Source: Auanema rhodensis (lineage: Eukaryota; Animalia; Nematoda). Taken from it: DNA of 64,000 bases. Shown here piece by piece: positions 1 to 10,982 of this stretch (its first letter is position 1; each line of letters starts with the position of its first letter). The DNA lies in the NCBI GenBank assembly GCA_964057225.1, contig OZ059895.1:15500001-15564000 (forward strand). Reading direction: 5' to 3'. The position numbers were made by a program, and so were the translations under genes. The notes under the pieces were generated by a model. It was not told where the DNA came from, searched no databases, and saw nothing but the letters and a program-made list of their open reading frames with translations.

Positions 1-14
1 ATTACGCATTGCAG

Positions 15-1657
15 GTTCAATGGTTTCCGTATGATTCACAGAACTGTAGCTTCATCATATCAAGTTGGACACATGATAAAGCCACAATCGATTATTGGCC
101 AATGTGGGAAGGCGTTAACCTAGCTAATATGGCTCGTAATGATGAATGGGAAGTTATAAGTTTCAACTTTCATCGCATCGAGGTTTGAAATTCCACAGAT
201 TGAGTGTTGTTATTGATTGTTGTGTTTAAGCAAAATTTCAAATGTTGCAAAGATCCATGGGTAATGTTATACGCACATATGGTTATACGTCGTAAACCAT
301 TATACTATATTATAAATTTGGTAATAATTTATATATTATATCATATAAATTAAAATAATTTTAGGTTATTCCGACATCTATCATTACTATTGTAGCTGTG
401 ACAGGTTTCTTTACACCAACATCATCTTCCAGTGAACGAGATGAAAAATTGTATGATTTTCTATCAATTTTCACTTTTTTTTTTAATTTTATTTTTAAAA
501 AAATAATTTTTAAAAACTTCAGATATCTTGGTATAAATACCTTGTTAACCATGTCTATTATGATGTTGATGGTATGTAATCAAATGCCATCAACTAGTAC
601 TTATGTTCCTTTAATGAGTAAGATCAAACTTTTCTTCGTCTTTTTCATATTTTCAAATAAATTATTCAGGTTGGTATTACATTGGAGTAATTCTTGTCAT
701 TGTTGTTGGTACTCTTATGGCTACCATTGTTTTAGGTGCGCTCTAATCACAAATCTATACATTCAAACTTTAACCTTTTCAGCTATTCATAACCAAAAAC
801 ATTATAATAAGCCTATTCCAACTTGGATACGACGTCTTATACATAATCGATATGTCAATTGTATGTTTTATCTTCATGTTGTAAGGATTTTGAAGTCATC
901 ATAGTCATTTTCAGCTATTATACTTGATGTGCCATCAGCTTTACTGGAGCTGTGGGAAGAATTTGGGGTTGTAGTGAGTGCACGTAACTCAACAATGGAT
1001 CAATTCCTATTGGATAGTTTAGATCCAGTATCTGTAAGTGAACTGAAAATGATCGAAATGATCAGTAAATCACATATTGCAGCAATTGCCACCCAGACCC
1101 AGAGCCTTCTTCGGCTCATTCTGCTCAGTATCCAGTGATACTACGTCTTTCGACTATACAGTCAGACTTGCAAATATTACCAAGCAGTACACATCACAGG
1201 TTCATAAATCTTTTTTTGTTTACATAATTAGCATAATCAATAAGTAGTAAGAATATAATTAGCATATACTCGAATCATTTTTAAGTTAAATGCATAGATG
1301 AGCGGTTGTATTCAGAGATTAATCTTTTTAATTATTATTATTATTATTAATATTTAATTATTTCAGGTACGTAGTAAAGACAAGGAACATAGGTGTCATC
1401 ATATGAGCAATTCATCACAAGCACGTAATGTGAAACGGCAAAAAATGCAAAGAAGGTTTGTTTTGTTGTTTATTACTCTAAAATCTTCATCAAATTGCAT
1501 TTTCAGATGCTCAATGGAATGGGAATTTTTAGCAAATGTATTGGATCGAATATTGTTAACAATGTTCTCAGGAATTACTTGTATATTATTCTTCTTACTT
1601 GTATTTTTTGATTATTTCACCCATTTATATCATCGTTTCAATAATATGATGTCATGA
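15..1657 (+). CDS. deg-3: Nicotinic acetylcholine receptor alpha subunit, DEG-3 group (5' part lies outside the window)
   Basis: Exons 15-182, 231-320, 365-450, 523-617, 670-735, 783-860, 915-1033, 1083-1199, 1367-1455, 1507-1657, all GT-AG. Spliced protein shows the Cys-loop end (WFPYDSQNC), loop B SWTHD, loop C FKCC, TM1 PLYYIINLVIPTSIITIVAVTGFF, TM2 EKLYLGINTLLTMSIMMLMVCNQMP and TM4 MEWEFLANVLDRILL. These closely match C. elegans DEG-3 as recalled. Confidence 0.93.
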
Positions 1658-2365
1658 TCATCTTTAAAATGCTTCTAGTCTCATTGTTTTTCCAACAACA
1701 ACAACAACAACAACATTCTCTTAATATTAGGTGTTAAGGTTATGAGCATGAAAAGCCATAACGATTCTGATCACAGACTGCGCACGAATTGTCATAGATT
1801 TTTATTAATTCATTCTTTCATCTTATACATATTGTTTAAACGGTTTAAAATCTTTTTTTTTTTTAATTTTAATTGCAATCACAGCCTACTGAGTCCATGT
1901 GTTCAGCCTGCCTCATTATTCCACCATCACTAAGCATACTCCCCAGAATACCAAAAGTGGAAAAGTTATATAAATAATTTATAATTAAAGTTACAATCAA
2001 TAAAATGTTTTATTTAATTTTTTTTGCTCGAATTTCACGAGAATAGCTGATGAGGAACAATTTGTCTCTTCAAATACAAAGATAAGCCAGTCCATATAAC
2101 ATGCTCATGTGATGAAAAGCATTCGATTTATCTAAAAACGTTTTCTGTGTGGAAAAAAAGATAAGAGCTCGAAGAGTCTTCAAATAAGCACTTCGTGTCG
2201 GTAATCACACCTTCACATTTTACCATAAATGCTATGCGTTTGGTTTACAACGTCCGTTCCTTCTATATTATTTGTACCCGAAACAACTCCACTTTGAAAG
2301 CTGCTGCACCGGTACGGTACAGGCATCCTAATTTTATTTTTCTATTTGATTCTCCCCCGAAGGGG

Positions 2366-2550
2366 ATGGGCCGTTCCCGCCAGCAGTGCAAGAGCGGGTC
2401 GACCCGTGAGATGGAGCTAGCAAGCCAGCATCTACCTCAGGTCTCAAAAATCGGTTAACCTTATTGTGATCCAATGGAACACATATCGAAGGTTAATTCG
2501 ATAAGAACGATTACTACACTTTGATCTTAGCCAAAAGGCCGAGAAGCGAT
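2366..2550 (-). ncRNA. U2: U2 spliceosomal snRNA (variant at nt 40-42)
   Basis: Minus strand reads ATCGCTTCTCGGCCTTTTGGCTAAGATCAAAGTGTAGTAATCGTTCTTATCG... It has stem IIa TATCGAA/TTCGATA with loop TTAACC and its IIc complement GGTTAA, Sm site GATTTTTG, and stem IV with a TTGCACT loop. A TCCCC-TTCG-GGGGA hairpin (2353-2366) follows. 3' end is approximate. Confidence 0.96.
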
Positions 2551-2848
2551 ACTGCATCGTCGTCAGTGAGTGCAACACAATGCGTGTGCACCGTATTTCA
2601 TACGCGTGTACTCAATTTGTTGGCGCTCGAACTGAAAATTTGAATATTTCACTAACTTGGAAGGTTTGGGGGGTGTATTGCATGTGTATAACACGTGCTT
2701 TCACAATATTCCCATCAATATATAAATATATAAATATTTATATATTTATATAGACGTGTTAAAAACTATATTAAAATTCATATTTTGAAAACTGAGGAAA
2801 CATGCTTATATGTACATGTGATCTTTCATCTTACCGCTATTAACTTAA

Positions 2849-2890
2849 GCCCCGCCCCTTATAATGCCTCTAATGCCCCGCCCCCTTATA
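2849..2890 (-). promoter_or_regulatory. Tandem GC boxes (Sp/KLF-type) ~300 bp upstream of U2
   Basis: GCCCCGCCCCTTATA (2849-2863) and GCCCCGCCCCCTTATA (2875-2890) in very AT-rich DNA. The position resembles a distal snRNA enhancer element. Confidence 0.5.
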
Positions 2891-3259
2891 TTACGGCGTC
2901 TTTTAATACATTGAAGTTTAAAAAAAATATATAAATATATATAAATATAAGTAAATTAAATGATACTTGAACTGAAATTTATATATTTTTATATTTATAA
3001 TAATCTCCTAATTCACGCACATTTTCTTTGTTTTATTTGAAATTATTTTAAAATTTTAAAATAAAGCTGACCGCTATACGAGTTTTCTGTACAATCTGAA
3101 TATGAACACAACCGATCATATGAAAAATGCGAAATGAAATGAAAACGTGAAGATGGGCGCGAGTTACTTCTTTGTATCCCCACGTATGCTAATTTACGGA
3201 ATACGAATTGATTTTATTGATTTTTTTTGGAAATTTTTGAGACAGTTGGTATAATTCTT

Positions 3260-4729
3260 TTATTTTCGAGTTTTCTTTCTAACATATATAATGAAATTGA
3301 TTACTATACTTTCCATAAGATATATAACAGAAATGATAGATGTTCCAAGAAAAAGGACAGCTTGTCCACCAATCTGAAACAGTAATTTACGGTTAGAATT
3401 GAAGATTATTTTAATTTGCCTGTGAAATAAAGCTTGTAAAGGAAACCATCTTAATTTCTGAATAAAGTTCGTACTGAAATGAAAGATATTTGACTTTAAT
3501 GTATTTGAATTTGACTTGGCTATACTGCTGTTTCTGTCGATTCCCACGATCATAGATAGACAAGGGGGTATAGCACGGGTTAGCATATATGCATATGGAA
3601 TGTTTAAACTTTGAACCATTGAACACTTCATCTGATTTGAAACCGCCTTAGAGTTTTCCAGGAAAGATGGGAATTTGACAGAAACAGCATTATAGCTTTT
3701 AGATAAATGATCTTACCATAAGATCTGTAAAGTAAATATCAATAGTATAGCTGTTAGTTGATAGTATACCATGCTTTTCCGAATACTTGTAGATATAGTC
3801 CCAACGATCGCAATTCAAATTACACTATAACAGCATTATTAATCATATTTAGCAATATGTTTCAATGTAATAAACCTTATATTTTACATTTGTAGCTGTA
3901 ACTAATTGATTGTAGATTGGAATAACCGTGCTAGGATGACAGATTGGTAGTCCTTCAGATATTTTTAAATCTCTTAGATAAGGCAATGTACAATGATGTG
4001 GCTCAGCCAAGTTTTCTCGAATCCAATTATTTACAAAACACGTTGATCTACCTTAAGTAGTAACTTTTTAAGATGTTGCTTAACAATAGCTCTTATGCTA
4101 GGTGCTAAGAATGAAAAATAAGTAGAAGCTAAGCTTTGAATTCCATACTTCAAGTTGGAATTTTACAGTTTTTCCGCACAAAGTTTGATGGAAAGACAAA
4201 AAAATTTATATTTTCCTACTAAAAATTCAGATTTATGATGTACGATGCTACAAACCTCGTAGATTATCACCAAAGTTACATGTATCGTTTCGATGTAACA
4301 TACGAATCTTTCGAGCTCTTATAGATATTTGACCAAATGCAACTACATTATAATAATAACGGGGAATAAAATAGATTTCAGGATACCAGTCACCCATATA
4401 GAATACATATTGCTTCTGAATAATTTGAACAAAACTATGAGTAAAACATGAGAATAATGATGAAAATACCTGCAATTCTTGAGTAGCTAGAAGGCTACCT
4501 GGCTTAGTGAATTGCAAACGAAGCTTGTCCTTCTCACTAGTACCCGTCTGTTTTAATGGATCTAATCTTATACATCTAAATTAAATTATACTAATTTATA
4601 TGATATAGTTAGAGATTATTCATACTTTCCTCGTAACATGACATAGTGAGGTTTAAAGTTTTTACAACAATCAAATGATACGCCACTCATTGAGCAATTC
4701 TTGAGAATCTGAATGTTAAACAATATGAG

Positions 4730-4771
<42 letters not shown>

Positions 4772-5720
4772 ACTTACGTGTTCACATTTGACTCCATGCT
4801 CATTGAAAACGAAATTAAAAAGTTGTTCAAGAGTTCGATTACCTTGCCATCGAATGAACATTCTACTAGATTCTTCAATACTACTTTGAGATAGAGTTTC
4901 TAGACCGGAATTCTGTAATCCCGATCCAGCTATGTAATAGGTTAATAAATTTTTTTTCTGTTCCAGTGTTATATTACCAACTCGATCAGTAATATCTATA
5001 AAATATTTGACAAATATCATATTTTTCACGAAAAGAAGAAGAAGAAGAAGAAGAAAGCGAGACCTCGATAGATAGGACGCAATTCAAGATTATCTGGATT
5101 CTTGGGGCACACATGAATGGACGGCATATTCAGGCTGCTATTCTATATAAGCTCAAAATCAAAATTTTTCGTTTTTGTTTCTTTAAAAAAGAAAAAAGAA
5201 AGAAAGAAAAAGCATGTACCTGTATAATGCTGATACGTGTTGTTGTTTGAAAATCTTTGTAATCTTTTGCCATAATGACAGAAAAATATATGGCAACACC
5301 TAAGATGGCCAACATCAATAAAATCCAAAATAAACGAGTAAAACGTCGCGTCTGAATACGTCAACTTTCAAATAATTTTTTAAAAAATTCAAAATATATA
5401 TATTGAATAGTTATAGATTACGTTTAATATTTTCTGAAGGCCATGGATTGGCTTAGCTGATCCATGTGTATAGCTTGTGCACTTGTACGTATTCTCATCC
5501 TCATCTCGTCTTGTCTCCGATATTTGAATAGTAGAAATTGTTGGATAACTATAGTATGTTTCATAAGTTTTATAATCAAGTTGTACTCAAGTTTTAAAAT
5601 GAAAAAATTAAGATTTTAATCAATATTTATTAAAGTTTTTATGATATTTGAGTACATATTTTTGATATAAAATAAATGAAAATCTTACGGAAATCCATTT
5701 CGAGGAGATAGATGATACAT
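3260..5720 (-). CDS. DEG/ENaC (degenerin/epithelial Na+ channel) family subunit
   Basis: Exon 1 5720-5689 (MYHLSPRNGFP). Pre-TM1 HG motif PIHGLQKILN, TM1 RLFWILLMLAILGVAIYFSVIM, post-TM1 MPSIHVCPKNP, Cys-rich ectodomain (DCCKNFKPHYVMLRG) and TM2 IGGQAVLFLGTSIISVIYL. Stop at 3260-3262. Some internal boundaries near the 3' end are uncertain. Confidence 0.9.
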
Positions 5721-7552
5721 GAGAGTTTTTTTTTTAAGAATAAAGTGAAAAGTACAACAGATACATGAATAGAATATCTAGAAATGGATGAACTGCGTGT
5801 AGACAAGAAATTTGAAATTTGAGAATATGCTCATGATCTTCAATGCGATGCTACAACCCCACTCTTCCCCCGCAACATAAGTCACACAAGCGAGATATGA
5901 TACTTCATATCTCATTGTACTATTTATGAATTAAAAGCCATTATAAGGTATACCTTATTAGATATATACATCCAAATGTATACATTCAATATATATAATC
6001 AATACTGTTCCTGAGAATTTTTCATTTCAAATGTTTATGAAAGGCAAATAAGACTTTTCTATCCGCAGCCCACCCCCCCCCCTCCCTCCTTTGCTCTCCT
6101 CCTTCCTGGCCTACTTGAAGCTCAAGCTCTTGCCCCACCATCATCCTTTTCACTTATAAGTCTGTCCTACTACTAACTTGTATACATACGTTTATGTGTT
6201 CTATCTATCAACGTTGTACAACACAACCCATCAGTTGATGGATGTTATCGTTCTGATGTCGTTTGCAGACAAGAAGTACGGGGAAGAGAATGGAAGAGTA
6301 GTTGCGGGTAGGATAGATAGTGCTTAGTAGTCGTTAAGTTCAACTACAGTGTTACTTGCTGTCTGCAACACAAAAACATTAGAAATTTGAAAAAAAAACA
6401 AAGTACATTAGAAGTTTAATTGCCATAGATTTGTATGTCAAATCAATAACAAGATAAATGATTGTATAAAGAAGAAGAAGAAGAAGAAATCTATCTATGT
6501 GACCGTCTATAAGTGATGTTTCATTCCAGATGTGATGATGAATGATTTGGATAGAAGAAGGTGAAGCACGGGAAAGTGACAAACTTTTAGTTGAATTAAT
6601 GTTTTTTTTTATTTTTAAGAATAGAAAACTATTCAAATATCTCTAGATTATATGAAAAATAAAATTTTTCTGTGTTTTTTGATGTTTTAAATTATAAGAA
6701 ATATTTATTGATACTCCATTCATATGGTATAGATTACAGAGATTATTGATTGAAAATGAAATTATTTAGTTTTTATACTAATAATATTCAAAAAATTTAT
6801 TTTATTTATTAATAAAAAGCAATATTTGAATATTTATATTTTACAAAAATATCACTTTTTTGCAGTTTGACGATGATGACCGTAGTCTATTGGATGATAC
6901 TACATCAAAGTACGGTAGTTGACAACTCATGTGGTTGTTGGTGGTCGTTATTGTTGATACTTATGGATGTGAAATGTAAGGGGTGTAGACATCTGGTGGT
7001 CGTGGACTCATCTGGCAACAATAACGATGACGATGAAGATGGAGAAGATGGAGGAGATGGAGAAGATGGAGAAGCTCTCAGAAAAAGAAAAGTTTTCGAT
7101 TCGTCGACACGAGAATATCAGTCAATTTCCAAGATGCTCAATACGATGCACAGACGATTCTAATTCAGCTATTTGAACTGTGAATGTGTGCGAATTGCTG
7201 TAGCTGCTACTACAACGGCAGCAGCTACAGCAAGACAGCTCACATCGTTGTCGGCATCTGATTCTGATATGTCATCAACTATCAACTGACGTCCTCATTT
7301 CTTTTCTCGATTCAACACTTGAGTTCAATTTTCATTCGTTGAGAATGTGTCTTGTGCTATATCCTCTTGTCCTCTTTTTCTACCGTATCATCGCAGTTTT
7401 GTTGGAATTTTCCCAAGTTGTGAAATGCTTTAAAGAAGTTTTAACAATTCTCCACGATGTTAAATAATAATTTTCAAAGTTCTATAGTTAGAGACATTTA
7501 TAATCTACAAATATCTTGCAATTATAATTCTTTATAATTATTTTTAAGAGAA

Positions 7553-8932
7553 ATGAAGAAATTTTCAATTGAATATTTATTATCAAATGCTGCTGGATCA
7601 TCAAAATCAAATAACATATCATCATTGTCATCATTATCATCATCATCAACATCGTCGTCGTCGTCTTCCTCTTCTTCTTCCTCTTCTGTTTCTTCGACAT
7701 CATCAGCAGTTGCAATCGAAAATATACAAGTTGCCTTGGAAGGGCATCTGTTATGGCGCAAGTTTCATATGCTGGGAACTGAGATGATTGTAACGAAAAG
7801 TGGAAGGTATGTCATCCATTAAATATTTCAATCATATCTATGATTTTCATCATTAAAGATAAATAATAATAATAATAATAATAATAATATGGATTTACTA
7901 TATCATATCATCAGATAATAGAAAAAAGTAAAAACGAATTGAAGAACATAACTTATTGAAATTAATTAAACTCTTTGTAATATTATAATATTAAAATTAT
8001 ATTGATTAGTTTTTAATTAGTACAAATTTCGAATTTCAAAAGTAGACCTTTAAACGTTTACGTGAGTTTAAACGTGAGTGGATTTACACGTGAACATACA
8101 CGTGAACATACACGTGAATGTACACGTAAACGTGAGCTTACTTCTCTCATTTTGAGTTTAACTGATGCATTAAGCGGTTGTATTATTTATAATTTCATAT
8201 AATAATCATAATTTATTCATTTTACAGGCGCATGTTTCCAACATTAGCAGTTTCTATATCAGGCTTAGATCCTAATGGCTCCTATTCGCTAATGGTTGAT
8301 CTAGAATCATTAGATAGTAAACGATATCGATATTCATTTCATCAGAGTAAATGGACAGCAACAGGACCAGGTTAGAGCATTCAAGCTGCTGCTGATCTTC
8401 AGTGGTTTTCATACATTCGTTCTTTTCTTTGTTTTTGTTTAGGTGAAGTAGAGTTGCCTTGTCGCACATTTGTCCATCCTGACAGCCCAGCTAGTGGAGC
8501 TCATTGGATGAAAGGAGTGACATCATTTGATAAAATCAAATTAACCAATAATCAAATGGATAATAATGGCTATGTAAATAATAATTTATATGTGTATAAT
8601 CATATAATATGTGTATAATTTATAGATTATTGTAAATTCTATGCATCGTTATCGTCCACGCATTCATATTGTTCGTCACGACACCATGCTACAACGAAAA
8701 ACTTTTTTTTTCGAAGAAACTTCCTTTATAGCCGTTACAGCATATCAGAATCATCGAGTAATGCTAATATAACTTCTATAAACATCTATGTCATTTCCAG
8801 ATAACATCGCTCAAAATAGAATCAAATCCATTTGCTAAAGGATTTCGGGAATGTGAATTGGATGAAGCACGTCTACTACCTTTTCTACTTCCATTCTATA
8901 ATTTAGCTTTTCCCATCAAAAAGGCTTCATAG
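7553..8932 (+). CDS. mls-1: T-box transcription factor MLS-1 (Tbx1-like) with N-terminal eh1-like motif and poly-Ser tract
   Basis: Exons 7553-7806, 8228-8370, 8443-8573, 8626-8757, 8801-8932. T-box reads [23 protein letters not shown]...RYSFHQSKW...[12 protein letters not shown]...[28 protein letters not shown], matching C. elegans MLS-1 as recalled. N-terminus [10 protein letters not shown]. Confidence 0.9.
8052..8136 (+). repeat. ACGT/CACGTG box array (12-bp unit CACGTGAACATA) in mls-1 intron 1
   Basis: acacgtgaacatacacgtgaacatacacgtgaatgtacacgtaaacgtgag, preceded by three further ACGT cores. It lies directly 5' of a TCATTTT-N21-CGGTTGT element. Confidence 0.85.
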
Positions 8933-10915
8933 ACTTCGTATAATGATCATTCTCTTAACTATACATATAATATGAGAATCAGTCCTTTTATTCAAAATGC
9001 ATTTCCATGAATTATTTCCATTTCAAAACACATAATATACGCATATTTGGAAATTCTCATTCATTAACGTGAACATAAAGTAAGAAGTCTGTGTGCCTTT
9101 TCTCGTCAGCTAGTCATCAACTAATCATGTATTTTCACACAAATTTGAACTATTTCTCAATGATGTCATCAGTCATTATAACGAAGCAAAAACTGTCTAC
9201 TTTTCCATTATCAATGATCGATAAAGTATCATCATAAAAGATGTCTTCTAGTCACAACAAATGACATTCATTTTAAGATATTGACAAGATAAATTGATGG
9301 AGTAGCTTCTCTATGTCTTAGTCTCAAATCTTCCCGTTTTCCCCTCTTCTTTCACTCTCTCTCTCTCTCTCTCTTTTCTTTTTTTTTTCTTACGAATTTA
9401 CGTACACCAATCTGATTTTTTTTTTTGACTTTTCAACGAAAATAAAATAACAAAATGCCATCAAATGCCATAATATGAATGATTACATCGGTCATTTCAT
9501 ATGTTATATATAGTAAAAAGTATCTGTGAGAATGTATATTGGTTGAATAAATCTTCAGGATGGAAAATAATAGTTTCAGGACCATTTTTACTTTTAAGCT
9601 CAGAGTTTTTGCCACGACAAACTTGGATATAAAACTTAACTTTCACGTATTCTATGACATATTCGACAAACATTAATTGTAGATTTCTAAATGTAGTATG
9701 TTTTAAGCTTTCTTAAATGAATTTTTTAAATGCTTTGGTGGTCTTTTTGCTTGTCGGTCCCCAAATGACGAGTTTGCCAGGATGGATGAATGATGATTCC
9801 AGCTGCTGCTTTTCATTCAAGTCACTGAAGTCTGAAGTCTATAATGATAGAAAACGAAACGAAAAGAATGACCTTAAACATGTGAAATTAAAGAGAAATA
9901 GATTGTAAGATGAGCTGGAAAATCATAGAGAGATTATGAGTATGAAGAGATACAAGCTGGCAGAGATGAGCAGAGACAGCTTGTAATGTGTGTGCTTTTC
10001 CTTCGTCTGTGAGCCTGATAACTTCCATCCATCATATTCATCGAGCTCAACTATCTTCTAATAGTTAGCTGAAGGCTTCACTCGCAAACGTTATCAACAT
10101 TGACAACCATTGCAACAGCTTTTTAAAAAAATATTTTTCTTCCACTGTTTGTGCTTAGATTTGGTCACATTTTTGGAGAATTATGCTTTGGCAAAGTTAG
10201 ATCATTTCGGGTAATTTCGTTGATTTTCATCAGTTTTTGTCTTACAATTTCACTTTTTAGGTTTTATAGTCTCTTGAACCCTTTATAGTTCTGTAGGAAC
10301 TCTCATAACTATGAGCATATTTCCTGTTTATGCAAATGAACAAAGTAATTCATCATCTAGCTTGTCAGTTGAAGAGCATGTTGCCTAATCTGATGACCGT
10401 TTCGGCAACTAATCGGTTGCCTTTGAAGTAAAATCTGTGCCCAGCTGGAATAAAGGATACAGACATGACTATACCAAAGCGATAGCTTTCACAAGTCATT
10501 TCGCAGCTTTTGCACACTACCACCCCCTGTGGTTTTCAGCTCCTGATGGCGTCAACTTTGAGTTTGACTGTCTAATCCGTCTTCAATCAGTCTAATCTCT
10601 AAGGCATATGCACGTGTGAGCATGAAGTGCAGTCCTTTTCCAAGTAATGGAGAGAGGCCTAGATAAGACATAAGAGCTAATAGACCTGTGACGAGGCCAT
10701 ACAAACGAGCGAGGAACACGAAGACGATGATCAGTTGCAAAGGATTCTCATTCTGTCAGGTGATCCGTCTTCTGTTCTACTGTCCTTCATGCCGGCAACC
10801 CTTTTGTCTCCGGTATTCTTTTTTTGATAAAAAAACAACAAAACGAACAAGAACCCAGTATACACATAGCCTACTTTCTCGTTTTCTCAAATTCCAGAAA
10901 AGATAAATGTCGATT

Positions 10916-10921
<6 letters not shown>

Positions 10922-10978
<57 letters not shown>
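10922..10978. repeat. (AG)~28 microsatellite
   Basis: Perfect AG run. Similar shorter runs at ~4733-4768, 13237-13258, 14907-14942, 16216-16277, 17110-17132, 18072-18093 and 63746-63767. Confidence 0.95.

Positions 10979-10982
<4 letters not shown>

Noticed and set aside
237-248. FKCC rather than YxCC in loop C of the nAChR
   Set aside because: Known property of DEG-3-group subunits, not novel.
3374-3385. Apparent bulky Phe at the degenerin (DEG) site in ORF 3260..3631 (LLFQIGGQ), suggesting a constitutively open channel
   Set aside because: LLFQ is the translated intron end (actgtttcag). After splicing the GC-AG intron, the DEG position is Ser.
6867-7163. 98-aa ORF with DGE repeats
   Set aside because: Low-complexity 9-bp GATGGAGAA repeat, no recognisable domain, and it lies in the mls-1 upstream region.
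7488-7787. Acidic, His-rich and Met/Lys-rich ORFs overlapping mls-1 exon 1
   Set aside because: Alternative frames of the poly-Ser codon run.
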